From Chrysomallon squamiferum (taxonomy: Eukaryota > Animalia > Mollusca): a DNA stretch of 64,000 bases. Of this stretch, positions 60,749 to 64,000 are shown one piece after another. Location of the stretch: contig CM022669.1 of the NCBI GenBank assembly GCA_012295275.1, positions 14,632,001-14,696,000 on the forward strand. The letters run 5' to 3'. Each line of letters opens with the position of its first letter. Positions within the stretch are counted from its first letter, which is position 1. Below the pieces are notes generated by a model. That model had not been told where the DNA came from. It worked only from the letters and a program-made list of their open reading frames with translations, and did no database searches. Both the position numbers and the translations under genes were made by a program.

Positions 60749-60924
60749 CGATTTTTGATGCATAACGGTAACACCTTGGAAATAAATTATTAATGACATT
60801 TAACAAGCAATTTCCTTTGTTTGACATACCTGCCTAGCTCTGTCCCTAACATATATCGGTTTTCAAGAATTTCATCTTTGATGCTCTCAGCTATCCAAAA
60901 ATCTTGTTTATCCTCCTTTGGCAT
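53199..60924 (-). CDS. CAMK4: Calcium/calmodulin-dependent protein kinase IV
   Basis: Eleven phase-consistent GT-AG exons: 60924-60830, 60019-59941, 59735-59673, 59189-59034, 58581-58543, 58200-58149, 57519-57445, 56966-56891, 56491-56374, 55948-55790, 53321-53199. CaMKIV-typical motifs: DFWI..S, ELGRGATSVVYKC, VDKKVVRTEIGILLRLSHPN, LELVTGGELFDRIV, HRDLKPENLLY, DFGLSK, TVCGTPGYCAPE, EFNARRKFK. Confidence 0.93.
54345..54990 (+). repeat. Degenerate ~16-bp satellite (TAGTCATAYNCTGTGA-like) with a homogenised ~32-bp higher-order core at ~54638-54770
   Basis: Recurrent AGTCATA motifs; core unit AGTCATATGCTGAGATAGTCATACACTGTAGT repeated about 4 times, in the last CAMK4 intron. Confidence 0.75.
57640..57790 (+). 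repeat. (AAAAT)n pentanucleotide microsatellite
   Basis: Seen directly, in a CAMK4 intron. Confidence 0.95.
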
Positions 60925-61607
60925 TTTTTCAGCATATATAAAATAAACAATCGAAAAGCAAAGCCGAATGTCGTTGCTAACTAATGCTTCTGATCTTTGA
61001 TTCGGTAAACCTCGGATTATTCAGTTGACATGGGGAAAGAGCATTCGGTAATCCTCGACCAATTATCGGATGATTACCGAGATATTCCGAACGTGAAATC
61101 AAAATGTGCTGGCATATCCGTAAATATTACAAGATCCTTATTATTAATGAATGAAAATTTAATTAACCTCAGCATATTTTATTATTAACGGCTACTGAGT
61201 AGTTTTTACAAATAATATTATCGATAACTTTACAGATCTGTACAAAATAAAATTTTCGGAATAAATATACCTAAAACATAAAATTAAGGGTTACAGTTAT
61301 GGTTAGGGTTAGTAATCCGACAACAATATTCTATATAAAAACATCTATTAAATTTGGTACCGGTAAACTAACATTGTATCCGGCTACTTTTTAATTATTG
61401 TACTTGCTTTTATCAGCTGGCAAGATAAGATTAGGTCATTTTATATCTATTAAGTTAAAATTATTATTATTATTTTTTTATTATTATTATTATTTTTTAT
61501 GATAATACCACAAGCATAACTATTGCTTGCTTATGTGTTTAGTATTATTCATATAAATTGTAACAACGGCACAATCAAAATAGTAGTTGTGCATTGAAAT
61601 TATCTGG

Positions 61608-61657
<50 letters not shown>

Positions 61658-62262
61658 GCTGTGTCTACCTTCTCGATCCGCGCTACATTATTATTATTAT
61701 TATTTTATTATTAAGGCGTATAATTAGAAAACATACTTCCAGAAGTTATAATTTTCAGTTCACTTCATAACAAATAAATTAAAGCTTTTGTTCTTGCTGG
61801 TGATGTTTTGTTTTTGTGTTGTTGTTTTTTTAGAAGTGTTTCTATTTGTAACAGTCAGTGATACTCAGATTTCAGCAGATCGACTTTGTATGGGCGGTTT
61901 TATTTCCGTATGTTATCCGTTACTGTTGCCGCCCAGGAATAACGATTCTTTTTGTTGTTTTCGTGAACACTAAAGTTTAAACTGTCAGTCAGTGTGTTTG
62001 AATGTATTGCAACACTATTAATTACATTAATTATGTTGCTATCTTGCTATTTTAAAAAATTAAATCGTTCTCCGTTTATTTTAGACAGACTTCAATAAGG
62101 TTTTTCTAAATTCGTAATTAATATTTTATGTAAAATTACGACTAATACGAGTTTTCCTTTTCTAAATTTAATTTTCCTTTATTAAAGTTCTCAACATATC
62201 TCTTGAATTTCCGTGGAGATAACAGATGTTACTCAATAGGGGGAGATAATAATAATAATAAT

Positions 62263-62331
<69 letters not shown>

Positions 62332-63838
62332 GTTATATACCCCAAAAGCTGACATATCATTACTAAGAATATCAGTATTACAAGATTTATTACACTGAAA
62401 TAATTTTATACATATTACAAATGGTATATGTTAATGTATCCACACTGCTTTCGAGTAATATAGCCTTCTCTGGCAAATAGCCATTTTATTGGCAATAAAA
62501 ATGATCCAGGAATTAAGCAGTTAACTAAAAACGAATTTTATCACAAATTATAAAACCTATATATAGTCAGTAATAATAATAATAATAATAATGAAAAGTA
62601 CCAGTAGTAGTATTAATGATATATAAATAAGTAAGTAAGTAAGTAAAAAAATAAATAAATAAATAAATAAAATAAAATAAAATAACAATATAAAGTCAGA
62701 ATCCAAAACCTAGTGGTAATATAATTACTACTATTACCACCACCACTGTGTTACCACCATTAATAATAAACAAGAAACAGGATAGCAAATCATTAATATT
62801 TTATTACACACTTTGTTATATAATTAAATATATCTATAGTAATACTATCATATAAAAGTAGTTTTAAATTATTCCATTACAATAAAGATATTCATAAACT
62901 TGTCCATGATGTTTATGTTGAGCACTGTTTATCTGAACATATTTCAGGTTACTATAACCATGTTCACTGCCTATAAATACTTTTATCTAATTACTTCAAA
63001 TATAGTCTATAATGTTTTATATCATATAAATTTATAACATAAAAATTTAGCAAAATCTGTATAAATATGAGGTTATCAGACACATTACAAAATATCAAGG
63101 ACATTATAAGCATTAAGTTAGAAAAGAAGTGCTTAGATCATGCATGGTTTTCATAATAAAAAGTAGACATTGTTGGGTTTAAAAGCATGAAATAAACACT
63201 GCCTTATAAATTTATACATAGTAACTGATACATAGTAATTTATACACAGTAACAAAAACAGTGAGCTATGTTTAGTGACAAAATAAAAAATAAATAAAAA
63301 AAAAAAAAAAAAATTTAAAACAAGCTAAACATGCTTATGTTAAACTAGATAAAATGGTTTTAAAAATAAATGTTTAATTTGATATTTTATAATTATTTTT
63401 TTTTATTTTTTTTTTTTCATTTTTTTTTTTTTTGCAATTTTATATCTCTTGTTTAGAGCTATATCATATACCTTTAGAGCTGTATTATATACCATATGAC
63501 CCCATAAAAGAAGACCACAACCCAAAAACAAATTTGACTAAAATAAAGAAATGAAAACTTAGAGTCATAGAAAAATATCTGATAAATACACAGAATAATA
63601 ACAAAATAAATTAATGCATCTGAATACTTCTAGATACATGAAACACTTCACTAAACAACAAAAATAAAACAAAATAATGTTTAACAAACAGATGAATTAA
63701 TTCTAAATCTGAAAATCACCTGCCAGTACTCACTTTTGTACCCTCCCCACCCCACAAAATTAAAAAAAATTAATGTTAAAGATCCATCAATTAAATGTAT
63801 AGTAATTGTTATTAAAATTTAATAAACAGACAGGCATA

Positions 63839-63871
<33 letters not shown>

Positions 63872-64000
63872 TGATTCCCCCTCCTTTTTGTTTAGTTCTG
63901 TTTTTATTTTTTTAATTATTATAATAATGATTACAAAACACAGCAGAATCTGATCATCACAAAACAAAGCTAACCTGTAACATTATCATTTTAATTAACT

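Noticed and set aside
61285-61313. Telomere-like GGTTAGGGTTAG motif
   Set aside because: Only about two degenerate units; too short to call an interstitial telomere or a defined mobile element.

Overview
AT-rich, microsatellite-dense, intron-containing animal genomic DNA. The gene content and repeat style suggest a mollusc, possibly a cephalopod, but this is inference. Most long ORFs in the supplied track are microsatellite artefacts. Reading splice sites by hand gives eight loci: (1) an intronless bacterial-type UDP-galactopyranose mutase (glf) with an N-terminal membrane anchor and a C-terminal DUF3431-like domain (2269-4329), the most novel element and a candidate horizontally acquired, secretory-pathway galactofuranose enzyme; (2) a 10-exon Hv1-like voltage-sensor gene (7363-20237) with Ser at the proton-selectivity Asp, Thr at the third S4 Arg, one apparent 1-bp frameshift and a GC-AG intron; (3,4) a tandem pair of AA15-type LPMO genes (29415-31941, 33429-35449), the second having lost its linker and Cys-rich tail; (5) a 4-exon dermatopontin/HAAF-like gene (38489-40914, minus) with three in-frame TGA codons but intact frame and splice sites; (6) a 2-exon Trunk/PTTH/Noggin-like cystine-knot ligand (42609-45749, minus); (7) an orphan decayed ARMC6 exon (50058-50388); (8) a complete 11-exon CAMK4 gene (53199-60924, minus). 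All family assignments come from motif recognition, not database searches.
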